A stretch of 61,238 nucleotides of DNA from Rhynchobatus australiae (GCA_034780895.1 JAUZTB010000070.1:16112482-16173719), one strand, 5' to 3'; counted from the stretch's first letter, positions 25,540 to 39,779 are shown. Translations and numbers: made by a program. The notes: generated by a model not told the origin, from the sequence alone.

Positions 25540-28335
25540 AGACAATCAAGGATGATGTGCTTCTGGTGCATTCTGTGAGTTCACCAATGAGGCCAGTGTA
25601 GAACCTATAGACTCTGCTACAGGTGGGGCAAGATTTTGGAGGTACTGCATTGCTTTTGCCACTTACACTGGGCTTCTGTGAGCCCTTGACTTAAAGACTC
25701 AAGGTTTTCAAAGCCACCTGAATACATGTCCAAGGGCCTTGTGCCAGGGATTCCTATGAGTAAGTGGGAGTGTTACATTTTTCAAGGAGGTTTTGGGAAT
25801 ATCCTTGAATCATTTTGTCTCTTCTAATAATCTCTTGAAGTAACTAAGCTTGGAGTAGTGTCTGGAGTGTGGAGCATGGTATTGGGCATATGAACAATAT
25901 GGCATACCCATTGGACCTGACTGAATGCAATTAGGGTCCTAATGCTCTAAATGTGGCCTGGGAGAGAAAGCTGATATTAGTTCACTTGCCCTGCCAGTGG
26001 GTTTGGAAGATTTTGTGCAGCCACCATTGGTGGTGTTGCTTCAGGGTCTTTGATGTACCTGCTGGTTATAGTCCATGACTTAGAAGTATAGAGGAGAGCA
26101 AGGAATTGCTGTGCCAGTAAACCATGAGCTCTGTGCCAGGTTTGAAGTCTTGATCTTCAAATGTCCCTTTTCTCAGGTAGCAAAAAGCTGTACTGGCTCA
26201 TTGAAGATGATGGCGATTTTTTTTTTCTGTCTACCTTCATCGTGAAGTGGCTCAGATATGGGAAGTGATCCAGGTTTTCCAGGTCTCATCATGGACTTTT
26301 GATGTCAGAAAGTAGCATTGTTTAGTAGGGCAAGGCTGGTAAAGGACATTTCACATGTTAAGTGTAAGGCCCATTCTCATTTATGCTTCATTAAATGAGT
26401 TGATGACAAATTGCTCATCTCTGAGTGTCCACATACACAAGCATTGTCTGTGTACTGCAGCTACATTACTGAAGCTGGGATGGCCATGGTGATGGAGTGC
26501 AGGTAGCATAAACTGAACAGTTCTCATTAGTCTTGTAGGCTAGCACCATCCAGCAGAATGCTTGTTAGATGTGAGGTTTAGCATTGCAACAGGGAAGATT
26601 GAGAAAAACTATTCGAGCAATGATATAGCCTTGCTTGTTCAGTTTGTACTAGGACAGGGTCCATTGGGGACCTGTTGCCATCATGAAGCAGATGGACAAT
26701 GGAGAAAAACTCTGTGGGCTGCCAAATTTGTGAATGTTTCAGTGCCTCACAACTATCAGAATAAAATATCTTAGTGAGATCCATAGTGATTGATGCTACA
26801 CCTTGTATTTCTCTTAGAGTTGAGTATGAAGATCATGTCCATTGTGCCTCTAGGTGGATGGAATCTACACTCTGATTTAGGGAGCAGCTCTTCAAGTACT
26901 GCAGGAAAAAGTTGTGATGATTTTACAGCAATCAGATTTTCTAATGGTCTTGATGTCAAGATGGTCACAATTGAGTTATCTCTAGGGTCTCCAGGCATAT
27001 CTTCATCTTTGTAGCTGTTGGAGCTGTGGCTTTGAATTTGTGAATGAAGATTTTTCTCCAAGTTACAAAACTTCAGCAGGGATCCCATCCACTCCCAAGG
27101 TCTTGCTGGTATTCTTTCGACCTGTGGTCTTTTTGACTTCTTGAGTGTTCCAGGCCCAACCATCTTCAGCTGTTCCATCAATGACCTTCTTTCCATCATT
27201 AGGTCAGCACTGGGGATGTTCACTGATGATTACACAATGATTAATTCCATTTGTAATTCCTCAGCAAATGAAGTAGTCCATGCCTGCTAGCAGCAAGAAT
27301 GTAGTCGACATTCAGACGTTGTCTAAAAAGCACCACAAAAGGCATTGACCTTCTCTAGCAAAAGAGAATCTAAGCATCTACCCTTGACATTCAATGTTGT
27401 TACCATCACTGAGTACCCTAACATTAATATCCTGAGGGTCACTACTGACCAAAATGTTAACTGGACCACCACATAAATTCAATGGCTACAAGACCACAGT
27501 GGCTGATATCATATGGCAAGTAACTCACCTCCTGACTCCCCAGTGCCTTTCCATCATCTACAGTCACACCAGGAGTGTGATGGAATACACTCCACTTGCC
27601 TGGATAACTGCAGAGGCAATGTCTCAAGAATTCCAACATCATCCAGGACAAAGCCGCCCACTTTACTGGTACCCCATTAACCATCCTAAGCATTCATTCC
27701 CTTCACCATTGGTGCACAGTGCTTACAGTTTGTGCCCTGTACAAAATGCACTGCAGTTGCTTACCCAGACTACTCTGGCAGTATTTCCCAAACCTGTGAC
27801 TTCTACCATGAAGAACAACAAAAAGAAACAGGTGCATGAGAACACCATCTCCTGCAGATTCCCCTCCTTTGCTGTGCGCCATCCTATTATATATATTACT
27901 GGTCCTTCATTGTCATTGGGAATACCTTTGCAAGAAAGGCTGCAGTAGTGCAAGAAGACTGCTCACCACCACCTTAAGGGAAATTAAGGATGGACAATAA
28001 ATGCTGGCATTGCAGGCAGCATCCAGATCCCAAAAATGAATATAAGTTTAAGAAAAAAAGTCTGGACGTGATAGGTTGCTATGGGATTGAGGCAAAGGTG
28101 CTCATGTCAAGAAGAGTTAAGCTGAGAAGTTCTTCAAAATATTCCTTCCAACGAGCACTGACTGCCTCTCTATCTTTGAAAAGTTTACCTCCATTCTTGG
28201 CACTCAGTGGAATGAGCCCTTGGATGTTTGGGCTGTTGGATGGCCTCCATAGCACTGAAGATTCCATGTATGTCATGGTTATCAGCAAGTTGCTGGACCT
28301 CCTGACCTCCTCTTTCCACCCATTCAAAAAAGTTG
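25540..28335 (-). mobile_element. RTE-clade LINE, decayed, interrupted at ~27141-28044
   Basis: ORF 26771-27223 EELLPKSECRFHPPRGTMDMIF (cf. LPESQCGFR..RGT.DMIF); ORF 28079-28327 KDREAVSARWKEYFEELL. Confidence 0.75.
27141..28044 (+). mobile_element. CR1/L2-group LINE 3' half nested in the RTE element
   Basis: SVPGPTIFSCSINDL..GMFTDD RT motif, RSVMEYTPLAW, tail aataaatgctggc; same family at ~35960-36640 (+), 38750-39440 (-), 47400-47690 (-). Confidence 0.7.
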
Positions 28336-28359
28336 GCTACGAGGGTGTGTGTGATTTTG

Positions 28360-30900
28360 GGGTGCATTTGTGATGACTTTTAAATTCTGGAACCACCCCT
28401 GCAAATTGGAAGTTAACTAATTTAACAGAACAACTAAAGAAGAAAATAAGGAACCACAGAAATGTTAGCCTGACACCTGTTAACAGCAAAATGCTGTAAT
28501 CCATGAATAAGGATGTTGCCATAGGACACTTAGCAAAGCATAATATGATTACAGAGCCAACGTGTTCTCTTTTGAAGGAAAAGTCTTGGTTGGCATATTC
28601 AATAGAATTTTTGGAGGAATTTAGCAGTTCGGTAAATAAGGGGGAAGCAATGGATGTAGTATATTTTGGTTTTTCAATAAAGCATCACATAAAAGGTTGC
28701 TAAATAAATACAGGATTGGGGTAACAAATTAGTATGGATAGAAAGTTGGTTAAAAGACAGTAAAAAAAACTAGGTATACGTGTTCTTTTACAGGTTGTCA
28801 GACTGTCATTGGAATGTCTTATTAATATCAAATAATACTAGGGAGGAATTAAATACCATTAACACCACTAAAGAAATAATATTAGGCAAACTAATAATGC
28901 AAAGGCTGATACGTTCCTTGGCCCAAATGCTACTGAGATAGTGGATGCATTAACCATGATCTTCCAAAAATCCTTGGGCTCTGAAGAGTGCCAGAGGGTT
29001 AGAAAATTGCCAATGAGACACCGTACTCAGAAAAAGAGCAAGGCCAAATGCAGGTAACTGGACTGTTCTCCTAATATCTAAAATGGCAAAAATGCTAGAA
29101 TCAATTATTAAGGAAGTAATAGCGGCATACTTAGAACACTTAATCCAGTCAAGCAAAGTCAGTGTGCCTACATGAAGGGGAAACTGTGTCTAACAAATTT
29201 ATTAGAGTTTTTTGAGAGAATCGCGAACAGAATGGATGGGGGATGTCTTGTATTTGGACTTCCAGGTGACGTTTGACTAGCTGCCTCAAGAAAGGTTCAA
29301 AGTCTTGGAGGAAGCACATTGATGTGGACAGAGAACTGGCTAACAGGCAGGACGCAGCAAGCTGGGATAAGGGTGTCAATATCAGGTTGCAACAAGTGGA
29401 GTACCACAGGGATCATTGCTAGAACCACAACTATTTATAATATGTTAATGACTTGAAGGAATGAAGTGAATGTACAGTAACCAAGTTTGTGAACAATATA
29501 GAAATATTGTTCAATTATTATTAAAAAAAACTATTGGGAAGGCAAGTTGCAAAGAGGATACAAAGAGTTTACAGAGAGGGAGTGATAGTTTAGGTGAGTG
29601 GGAAAATAGTTGGCAAATAGAGTATAACGTGTGGAAAAAGTAGTGTTCATTTTGATAGGAAGAACAGTATTTAAATGGTGAAAAGCTGCAGAGTGCTGGA
29701 ACACAAAGGGATCTGGGTTTGTGCGTGAAACACAGAAAGCTAACATCAATGCAGCAGTAATAGAGAAGGCTGAGGGAATGTTAGTTCAAGGGATTTGCAG
29801 TATAATACCAGAGAAGTATTAATGCAACTGTGCAAGGCACTAATGAGATCACATCTAGAGTACTGTGAACAATTTGGGGCCCCTATTTAAGGAAAAATAT
29901 TATTTCATTGGTGACAGTTTAGAGGATCCCAGGTATGGAGGGCTTGTCCTAAGTGGAAAGATTAAATAGGTTGGGACTCTACTCACTGGAATTTAGAAGA
30001 ATGAGAGGCGATCTTACTGAAATATCTAGGATTCTTAGAGGGTTAGATAGTGTAAATAGTGAGAGAGAGTTGCTTCTCCTGAGGGAATCCAGAAACAACG
30101 GGTATAGAATCCGAATAAAGGAGTGCCCATTTAAGACTGAGATGAGGAAGAATTTCTTCTCTCAGAAGATGCGAGTCTTTTGAACTGCCTGCCACAGTGA
30201 GTCTACATGGCCGACCCTTTATGGGGCAAAGTCCTTTGGTATATTTATGGCTGAGATGGACAGATTTCTAATTAGTAAGGGAATCAAGGGTTATTGAGGA
30301 AGGGCAGGAAAGTGAACCTGAGGAATGTTGGATCAGACATGATCCTATTGAATGATAAAGTAGACTTGAGGAGCTGAATGGCCTGCTTCTGTTCTTTACT
30401 GATCCCTTTGGCATCTATAATATCATAATGGACCTTCAGTCATTCACAATATAAATAAATGACAGATGAAAAGACATTGTGCAATATGTCCAAGTTTGCT
30501 GATGATACAAATCTGAGTGAGCTGTGAAGAAGATGCAAATGGATATGTGTGGATGGCAGATGGAGGATAATGTGGGAAAAATGTGAGGATAATCACACGG
30601 GAAGAAACTAGTAAATGTTTGTGTTCAAAGGGATTTTAGTATTTGGCAGAAAGTAAACACACAGATACAGCAAGCAATTACAAGACAGATTGGCCTCTTT
30701 TGAAAAAAGGTTGGACTGCAAACATGGGAAAGACTTGCTGAGATTGTATAGGCCTTTGGTGAGGCCTCATTTGGAGTACTATTTTCTGTTTTGATCTCCT
30801 TGCCTAAATAAAGATATACTTTCCAGATCAGAGTCATTTCAGTAGATTGAATCTTGGGATAAGGAGATTGTCCTATGAGAAGATGCTGAGGATAAACTCA
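28360..30900 (+). mobile_element. Cluster of CR1 ORF2 / 3' UTR fragments
   Basis: ORF 29953-30183 ERLNRLGLYSLEFRRMRGDL..FKTEMRKNFFSQ; ORF 28503-28703 EFLEE..VNKGEAMDVVY. Confidence 0.8.
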
Positions 30901-33667
30901 TCATTTTCTAATATTTTTCTGCACAACATGGTGGGCCGAAGGGCCTGTATTGTGCTGTATAGTTCTATGGTTCTAAAAACTGCTGTCTACTCACACAAGT
31001 TTGGNNNNNNNNNNNNNNNNNNNNNNNNNNNNNNNNNNNNNNNNNNNNNNNNNNNNNNNNNNNNNNNNNNNNNNNNNNNNNNNNNNNNNNNNNNNNNNNN
31101 NNNNTCACAAGACAAACATGATTCTGAGACAGACTGACAGGCTAAATGTCAAGGAGCTGTTTTATCATTAGGAAGAGCCCAGAGCTAAGGGGCATAGTCT
31201 CAGAATGAAGGGTTGGCCATTTAGTAACAGGAAGAGGAGAATTTTCTTTATGTAGAAGTTTGTACATCTTTAGAGTTGGGCTGTGCACCATCCTGACTTG
31301 GAAATTTATCACTAGTCCTTCATGGTCATTGGAAGCACCTCTGCAAGAAAGACAGCAGCAGAGCTGAGTTCAATGGATTTTTGGACATCAAAATAACCAA
31401 AGGGTGGGAACCAAATGGAAATGTGGACATGTGTAGGATCAGCGATTGTTGAATGCTGGAGCAGGCTTGAAGGGCTATATGCTATTTCTTACATTGTTAT
31501 CATTAAGTAAATAAGGAGAAAATGTTTTCACTCACTGAAGGATTGGTAATCGGAGGACACTGATTTAAGATAAGAGGCAAAGAACCAGATGGAAAACGAG
31601 GATACTTGTTTTTTTTAAAGATAGAAAGTGCTGGAGAAACTAAGCAGATCAGGAAAGGGCAAAAGAGTTAACATTTTAGATCGGAGATCCTTTGTCAGCA
31701 TTTTCTGTTATTCTTTCAGATTTCTAGCATCTGCAGTAATTTTGATGTTCAAACTTGCTTTTTTGTTTGCACGGTTCTTGTGAGCTGGAATGCACCGCTT
31801 GAAAGGGTGGCTGGAGCAGAATGGAGACAGAGTAAGTCTAACTGGATGATAGCCCTTTCACAAAAGCCACACAGGCATGATGAGCCAAATTTCCCCTTCA
31901 GCATGACATTCTATGCCTCTCACGAGGGAGTTGATTACATGCACTGGCTGGCCTATCATTTCTTACAGTCCTCCATGATTGTGAACCTGGACAGTGGCAT
32001 TTGGCAGCACGTTCAACAGGGGAAGGCATTACAGGTAGAGTTAACATTCTTTATTTTGTATTTGGGGTACTTTACTGGTTTTTACTAGTGTTCAACAAAA
32101 TCAGTGTCTTCAGGACCTTTAGAAGGCCTTCTGTAAAATGCACTGAAGTACATTGTTAAAAGTGGAGACATGTGTATATCTAATTAGTATCTGTCACGAA
32201 CAAAGCTGGAGGGGTTCTCAGTGCAGTATACAGAAGCTTGAATGTGACACTGGCAGTGGGAACTGTTTTTCTGAAGTAGTGCTCAGGATAGGGAGAACCA
32301 GGTTAAATTGTGCAGTATTTTAATTGGACAATATTTGAAAGTCAATGGGAAAGCTGTTATGACCCAGGCAGTGAGTCAACTGTTAGGCTGTGTTGTGTCT
32401 GGGTCTTTCATCTGGTTAAAAAATCTATTAATTTGTTGCAGATGGGTTTGGCCTGCTGAACCTTTATTGACCCACAGAACATCTCTAAACCCAAAACCCA
32501 TTCTGCCTCTAACTCTTCCTGGACCCAGAGTTCCTCTGTGATTCCCAAACCTTCTCTAAACTTGACCCAGCTCCTTCCCTGACCTCTGCCACTGAAAACC
32601 TGCCCCGACTCGTGTTTCTTCACACCCCCTCTGACCTCTGACCCTCAAGACCCTTTCGTGACCCATAATCCCTCCCCAAGACCAATCTGACCTCTCCCCA
32701 CTGATCCTTCACTAGTCTGCTGATGACACCCACCCCCCTCACCCCCCCCCCATCACAGCCTCCTTGATGATCCCAGATCCCTCCTGAAAACCATTGACCC
32801 CTTCCTGACTTTCCAGACTCCCTCTGACCCCTCCCTAATCTTGGACCTGTCTCTGAATCCTGCTCCCTTCCTGACGCTTTGTTTCTTTTGAACTCCCACA
32901 GTCTTGTGATGCCGTTTTCCTCCCCGATACTCATTCACTTCCCTGAACCCCAATAGATCACAAAAAACCCTCCCTGATCCTGGATGTCTCCTTGTCCTCC
33001 TGACCCTTCAGTCACCCTGGCCTCCAGCACTATGGGGTTAACTGGGCTTTGGTTGCTCAGAGTGATGTGTTTATTTCAGGGATTTGACTGCCTACTGTTT
33101 TCAGCATGGTCCTGCCACTGGCAGAACGGATGCGGAATCTCTGGCTCTTCCTGCCTTGGGAATTATCCATCTCCCGGGCACGTCACACACATAAAACCCA
33201 CGCAATGTGGCCATTCCGGGTCCTTCAGCTTTTGCTGCAAACTCCTTCCAGAAAATTCTTCAGGTGTCTGGAAACTTCATTAACTGATCGAGACGGTGGC
33301 CAAGAGGCACTGGGCAGAGCAGCCAAGCTCCCTGCTAAACACTCAGGAATCTCTGGCACCGGCTGGAGCAGACTAGGTTTCAGAAAGGTTTTACAGATGC
33401 GCTAGAAGCACCAGATTCACCTCCACTTCCCAGCTCTTTTCACCATCCTCATCTTCTTNNNNNNNNNNCAAAGTGCTGCAGATAATAAGTCTCCATTCCT
33501 CTCCAGTCCCCCCATCTTTGCTCATCAACCTTCCCCACAGCTGGCATTGGCACACCCCATTGGCATTTCCACTTCCCATTCCTGCCGCACCCAAACCTCT
33601 GACCTTCTCTCTACCTTTGGCGCCCGGTTCATTCTGTTCCCTCTGTACACTGTGTCCTCAACACTTC

Positions 33668-33961
33668 GGCACGGTAGTGTAGTGGTTAGCATAATGTTTT
33701 ACAGAGCCAGTGACCCAGGTTCAATTCTGGCCACTGTCTGTAAGGAGCTTGTATGACTCCCCCAGTGTCTGTGTGGGTTACCTCCGGGTGCTCCAGTTTC
33801 CTCCCACATTCCAAAGATGTACGGGTTAGGAAGTTGTGGGCGTGCTATGTTGGCCCCGGAAATGTGGTGACAATTGCGGGCTGCCCCAAAACACTCAACG
33901 TAAAAGATGCATTTCACTGTGTGCTTCCATGTACATGTGACAAATAAAGAGATCCTATCTT
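33668..33961 (+). mobile_element. V-SINE, full length
   Basis: Colinear with 5379-5661. Confidence 0.85.
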
Positions 33962-36900
33962 GTATCAGAAGGGCACACAATTGCTGTTATTCCACTGGGT
34001 TTGATGGCAAAGAGTGGAGTCTTGCCATCTCTTATGGTGAAATGTATGATGCTGACAGGGAAGATGCCAAGAGGATGTTTCCCCTTATGGGAGAATCTAC
34101 AACGCAGGGCCATCATTTTAGAATAATGGGGTTGCCCTTTTAGGACTGAGGTGAGGAAGTTTTTTTCTCTCTGAGGAATTCTCTATCTCAGTGAGTTGTA
34201 GGGGTGACTCATTGAATATGTGCAAAGCCAACATTTTTGGACTATTGGGGAGCTGAGGGTTACGGGGAACAGACCAAGAAAATAGTGCTGAGGCCAAGAT
34301 CCAATCACCTGTGATGCAGAGCAGGCTGGAGGGGTTGTATGACCAACTCCTGCTGCTATTTATTATGTTTTTATGTTCTTATACCCTCTAGCTAGACTTC
34401 CTCTACACCACGACCATTCTGGAAGTTAAGGATACACCAAGGCTCCCCTTTTCTGCTCAAAGCCTCTTCTGCTCGCCTCACCCAATACCAAAAGACCTGT
34501 GAAATTGTTATCACCCAAAACATTCCTCTAACCTCACTTCTGTCCTTTCATCATCTACCAACCATACAATCCTGGCTCTTCACCACTTCTTGGTTTCTCA
34601 ACCATTTGCCCTCTTGTCTTCTCTTCCATGAGACCCCACCTTCACTGCATTTTAATTGGCACACCTGACTTGCATTCCAGCTGGGATTGGCATTATCCAT
34701 CTCCCTTGCAAACAGTTGGCATCTTCCCTTATTCATTGAGCCAAGACCCAACCAACCATCCTGTCATCTTATCTCTATGCTCTGATTCCTCTAAGTTTCT
34801 GTCTTGTCTTGTATTTTCACCCCAGCTCCATACTCATCACCATTTAAAACCCCTTGGTTCTAGCATGTACTGAGTGCTATCTAACCAACATCTTGCATAA
34901 CATCCTCTGTGGCATTGACTGTTTTGAGTTTGACTCAGAAATCAATCCTGACCTTGCAAGGTACCACCACTTCTCCAACCTTTTCCACTCCAAAGATCTT
35001 GACTGTCCTATGCTCCATAAAATTGATATTATCCAAAACTCCGCTCCTGTGCTTGCTAACTTAGCCTTTCTCCCATTGGTCTGGGTTTCCCTACTTTGTA
35101 AGCTCCTTCTACTAAGATATCTATCCTCATTCTCCTCCATTTTTCATTCCTGAATTTAATCCCTTCACAAATGTTGACTGTGTTTTCAGTGCCAAGGCCA
35201 TGAGCTCTAGAATTTGCTTCCTGTACAAATATGGTGTAGGTCTGCACACAATCTCTGTTCTACCAGTGGGTTAGACCCACCAGAGATAGTACAATTGCAG
35301 TAAACAAAGAGAGATCCTGGAAGTTGTCAGTATTGACTCAGGACCTCATATGGTTCAGAGGCAAAGCAACGTCCTGATGATTACCACCTACAGCCCTGCC
35401 TCTGCTAATCAATCAGTACTCAGTGTTGAACTTCATTTGGAAGCAGCACTAAGCAATAAAGGAAATAGAACATAGTCTAAGTGGAGGATTTCAGTGTCCA
35501 TCACCAAGAGTGACTTGGTAGCACCTTCACTCACCGATTTGGCCAGGTCCTGATGGAATTAGCTGGCATACCCTTGGCCTCATCAATATACTGTATTGTT
35601 AGGAGTGACCACCGCACATCACTCCCACCCTTTTCCTCCTGCGGTACCAGCACTGCCCACCACCTTTGCCCTTTGTTCTCTCCCTTCACCAACTCCTATC
35701 CATCATCTCACCTTTAGTGACTGCTCTGATGTCCTCCACCATAGACCCTGTCCTTCACCACTTGTCCCTCTTCTACTGGCCCCCTCAAGTCACCCCTGCC
35801 TATTGGTAAGCTCTCACTCACTAATCTATGTTGGTTTGCAAAGTGCCTCCATGTACTGTCATTGCTCTCTAACCTCCCCCATGTTTACTTTGCCTTCAAG
35901 GTTCTCTGGTCTCCTGCTGCTCCAGTTCTTTCTTCACTTGTATCCTCAACTCCTCACACGATGAAGCAGTCAATGTCCACGTGAGGCAAGATCTGGAAAA
36001 CATTCAGGCATGTGTCAATGAGTGGCAAGTAAAATTCCTACCAGTGCCAGGTAATGGCCAACTTCCAACAGGAGTCTTACCCATTTCCCCTTTCTATTCA
36101 ACGACTTTACTGTCACCGAGTCCCTTACCACCAACATTCTGGGGAAACATAACCATTTGAAAGCTGTGGCCACTAAAGCAGGTCAGAGGCTGGAAATCCT
36201 GCAGTGAGCATCTCGTCTTTGATTCCCCAACCATTCCCATCTACAAGGCATAAGCCAAGAGCGTGATGAAATACTCGTCCATTGCTGGGAGTGCAGCTCC
36301 AACAAGGCTCAAGAAACTGAACGCTATCCAGCATCGAGTACACCCCATCCAGCAGTGCATGATGCTTGCAATACGTGCCATTCATAAAATGCACCACAGC
36401 ATCTCCCAAATTCATGACGTCCGCATCTGGAAGGGCAGGTGGAGCAGATGCATGGCAACATCTCCAAGTTCCCTCCAAATCATCTGGATATTGTTGTTCT
36501 TGCATTGTCACTGGGTCCAGATCCTGGAAATCTCTATCGAATAGCAACGTGGGAACAACTCTCACAGTCAGCGATTCAAGAAGGTGGTTCTCCACCTCGT
36601 GGGCAGTTAAGGACGAACAATAACTGCTGGCTTTACCAATCCCTGAATACGAATAGTTACCTTGAGTGGTCTGGCAGGTAATTTGTATCGGCGAATCTTG
36701 CTGCTGTAATCTTTAAACGTGACTGCTTACTCTCAGCCTCAACAACTCAGTAGTTCCACCAGCAGAAGTAAATATGAACCGCAGAGTTGGCCCTGAAACT
36801 CTAGACAGGTGCGGCTCCCGGAGGTATCGGGTCGGCGATGTTAAACCTGTGAGAAGGAGGGATGGAGGCAGACAGGCGGGCAGAGACAGAGAGAAGGGAG

Positions 36901-36999
36901 AGAGAAACAGAATGGAGGTAAAGCTAGAGAGAGAGAGAGAGACGAGGTGGCAGATCAATGGCATTGAACTGCAAGCATGTTTTATTGAAAGCCAACGGC

Positions 37000-37399
37000 G
37001 AACAATACAAAATTATTCGTGTCTCACAGAGTGTAGGAAATGGAAGCAGGATAGTAACTTCTGAGAGCGCATTCCCGGCAAGGAGTGCGCCTTTAATGGA
37101 AGGAGGAGCGCGCTGCTGAGATGGGGCAGGGAGTCAGAGAGCGGTGCATTGTCCCAGACGCACTAATATGGGTTTTGTTTTTGTTTTGGGATAGGTATTC
37201 TGGACGGAATGCCAACACATGATGTCACTCCAGCTGGAATCATCGGCAATTTAAAACGCCAAGAGTAAGTAGCAGCAAGCATTTGCAGCAAAGGTTTAGA
37301 GAAGGAGCGGGAGAGGACAGTGGGTGCTTTCCGATCTACCAGCTGGCTGAGATTTGAGGCAGGCTGCGAGAGTTTCATCCAACAATCCGCAAAGGCAAA
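37000..37399 (+). promoter_or_regulatory. Probable COMP promoter / 5' UTR
   Basis: Non-repetitive, locally CpG-richer; TATA-like TTTAAAA at 37250-37256, TGATGTCA (CRE/ATF-like) at 37220-37227, CATTCC/GGAATG (TEAD-like) near 37070 and 37206, Sox-type AACAAT at 37001. Motif-only evidence. Confidence 0.5.
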
Positions 37400-37475
37400 A
37401 TGATGCTCCGTGTGTTCTTCCTGATGTTTAGTTTGCACCTCTGCTTTCGGGTCAGCTCCTGTCAACGAAGCGGAG
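37400..37475 (+). CDS. COMP: COMP/TSP5 exon 1 coding part, signal peptide MMLRVFFLMFSLHLCFRVSSCQRSG
   Basis: ATG in AAAATGA context, hydrophobic signal-like peptide, donor GAG|gtaag, phase 1 matching exon 2. Confidence 0.85.
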
Positions 37476-38404
37476 GTAAGGAATTTTGCGCGTTTTCTTC
37501 CACTTGTGCACAGCTCCTCCTGGGATGTGAGAGCATCGAATGTGCCCTTAGCCCAAAGGGCAGGATCCTCGGCCATCCTGTTCTCGGAAGCGCATGGGAT
37601 CCCGCAAACATTTATCTCGTCATCTGAAACGTTTTGTGGAGCACTGAGAAAATAAAATGATGCCCTTGAACTACTCAAATTTTCACACTATTAGTGCTGT
37701 AGTTAAATTGACTCTTGTGCCCCCCGATGTGAAGATTCCAGCCTATTAGCCACCTCCCACAAGCACACCCCGTCTATGATATAAAGACCCGCATTCACTC
37801 TGTTGTTCCTGTGTCAACAACAGTTGCAGGTCTGTCTCTGCAGCTTCAGTTGTCCCTCTTGGATATCCTGGATCTAATGCTTTCCCGCTTCCTGGATCCA
37901 TCCCTTCCCTTCCTCGGTCCCAGCTCTCTCCCTGTTGAATGCATCATTCCCTCACTCCTGCTTCTCACTCCAGGATTCTTCACAATGTTACCCCGCCGCT
38001 CACCTCTGGACCCTCACTACCTGCCTCCATTCCCTGACCTGTTTCTCCCTGCTCCGGCGCCTGGGCAGATCATGTGGCTCACCATCAACTATCCAGTTAA
38101 AAACAAGGAATCAATACAGTGATTCCTGCCGAGTAAATTTTACTTTTTAATATATTTCTGTGTGAAGAGGGAATTCCGAGAGAATTGGATTATTATCAGT
38201 AGAAATGTAGTCATAACAAAGGTTGGTGGGGAAGGGGTTTCATGTGTGACAATGGAGGGAGCAGAATTAATATCAGTGAAGGTGCAACCTGTGATGCAAG
38301 GAGATGGGGAGGAGAAGTTACATTGTGACCGAGCTGGTTTAACAATGTTTATTGGTATTGGTGGTAGAATCAACGGTACCTTTGTCCTTATTCACTGTCT
38401 TTAG

Positions 38405-38487
38405 GAGATTTCAACCATCGGATGCTTTCTCAGATGATGCTAACAAACCAGGAACTGGCAGAGATTAAAGAGCTGCTTAAACAACAG
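38405..38487 (+). CDS. COMP: COMP exon 2, coiled coil N-half GDFNHRMLSQMMLTNQELAEIKELLKQQ
   Basis: tttag acceptor, CAG|gtaaag donor, 83 nt; heptad pattern ending LLKQQ typical of subgroup B thrombospondin pentamerisation domains. Confidence 0.92.
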
Positions 38488-39779
38488 GTAAAGGAATCCT
38501 ACCTGACCCGCTGTGCTCACCCCACCCTGCTGCCGAGCTCCTGTGTGCCCTTCTCCAGACCCAAACTTTAACCCTTTAACGACCACAACCATTCCCCTGA
38601 CCCCACCAATCACCCATTGATCACTATTGCGGATCTTTTTAAGCCTTGTGATTAATTATTATGGCTGGGATATAATGTTCAAACCGCGGAGCCTGATCAA
38701 CTGTCGATCTGAAAGGGTTCATGGTACTTTTTAAAAAAATTTATACATTTGCAGAGCTGGGCTTTGCTGATCAGACTAGCAGTAAGGGTTCTTGAGAAAC
38801 TGGCGGTGAGCTGCTGCCTGGAACTCCTGCAGTCCAAGTAGTGAAGATATTCCCACCAGGATATTATAGAAGGAATTCCAACATATAGACCCAGCCATGA
38901 TCAAGGAATAATAATATATTCCCAAGTCAGTATGGTGCGTAACTCAAAGGGCAATCTGCAAGTTGGGGTGCGGGTTTTCCATGCACTTGTTGCTCTTGTT
39001 TGAGTTTGGGAGGTGCTGTTGAAGGAACTTTGTTAAAATGCTGCAGTGAATCTTCTAGGTGGTACACATGGCATTCACAGTACACTGATGCTGGAGGCAG
39101 TTAATGTCCAGGGTGGTGATTTGGTTCCACTCACGAGGACTGTTTTGTTCTGGCTGGTGCTGAGCTTCTTGCATGTCGTTGGAGCCGCACTTGTCCAGGC
39201 AAGTGGAGAGCATTACATCAGATTCTTTGTTTGTACCTGCAGATGGTGGAAAGGCTTTGGGGAATCAGGATTTGTGTCACTTGTAACAAGATACTCGCTC
39301 TGAACTGCACTCAAACCTCAGCATTTTTGTGGCAGGCTTAACTTGTAGTAAATAGTGATCACTCCTCCTGCCATGTTGATGGTTGGGGATGTGTCAGTGA
39401 ATATCAAGTGAAAGTGGTTAGACTTTTTTGTTGTTGATCACTGATGCATTTTCAAATCACCCACCTCTTTCAATAAATGGATCCTTATCATCCCACGTAG
39501 ATAATGGGTACTTTGGCTATCATCTTCCAAAGCTCTAGATATTCTGAAGTGGTTTGTGCAGATTGGAGGATAGCAAGTATGACTCCACTATTTAAGGAAG
39601 GAGGGGGAAGTGAGAATGGGTAACTACCAACCTGTTAGCCTGATGTTAGTTGTAGACCAGCTAAATGTTTCCAGAATTTTATATTTTTATTTTAAAATTT
39701 TCCTCTCACAATTTTACACTTCACCTTTTGTGTATGAAAGTGAAATACAGAGCCAATCTCTTTGCGCTGGCCCATTGCA

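Noticed and set aside
481-36964. Dozens of 60-180 aa ORFs upstream of COMP
   Set aside because: No coherent exon chain. The recognisable ones are frameshifted LINE RT/endonuclease remnants or antisense SINE readings
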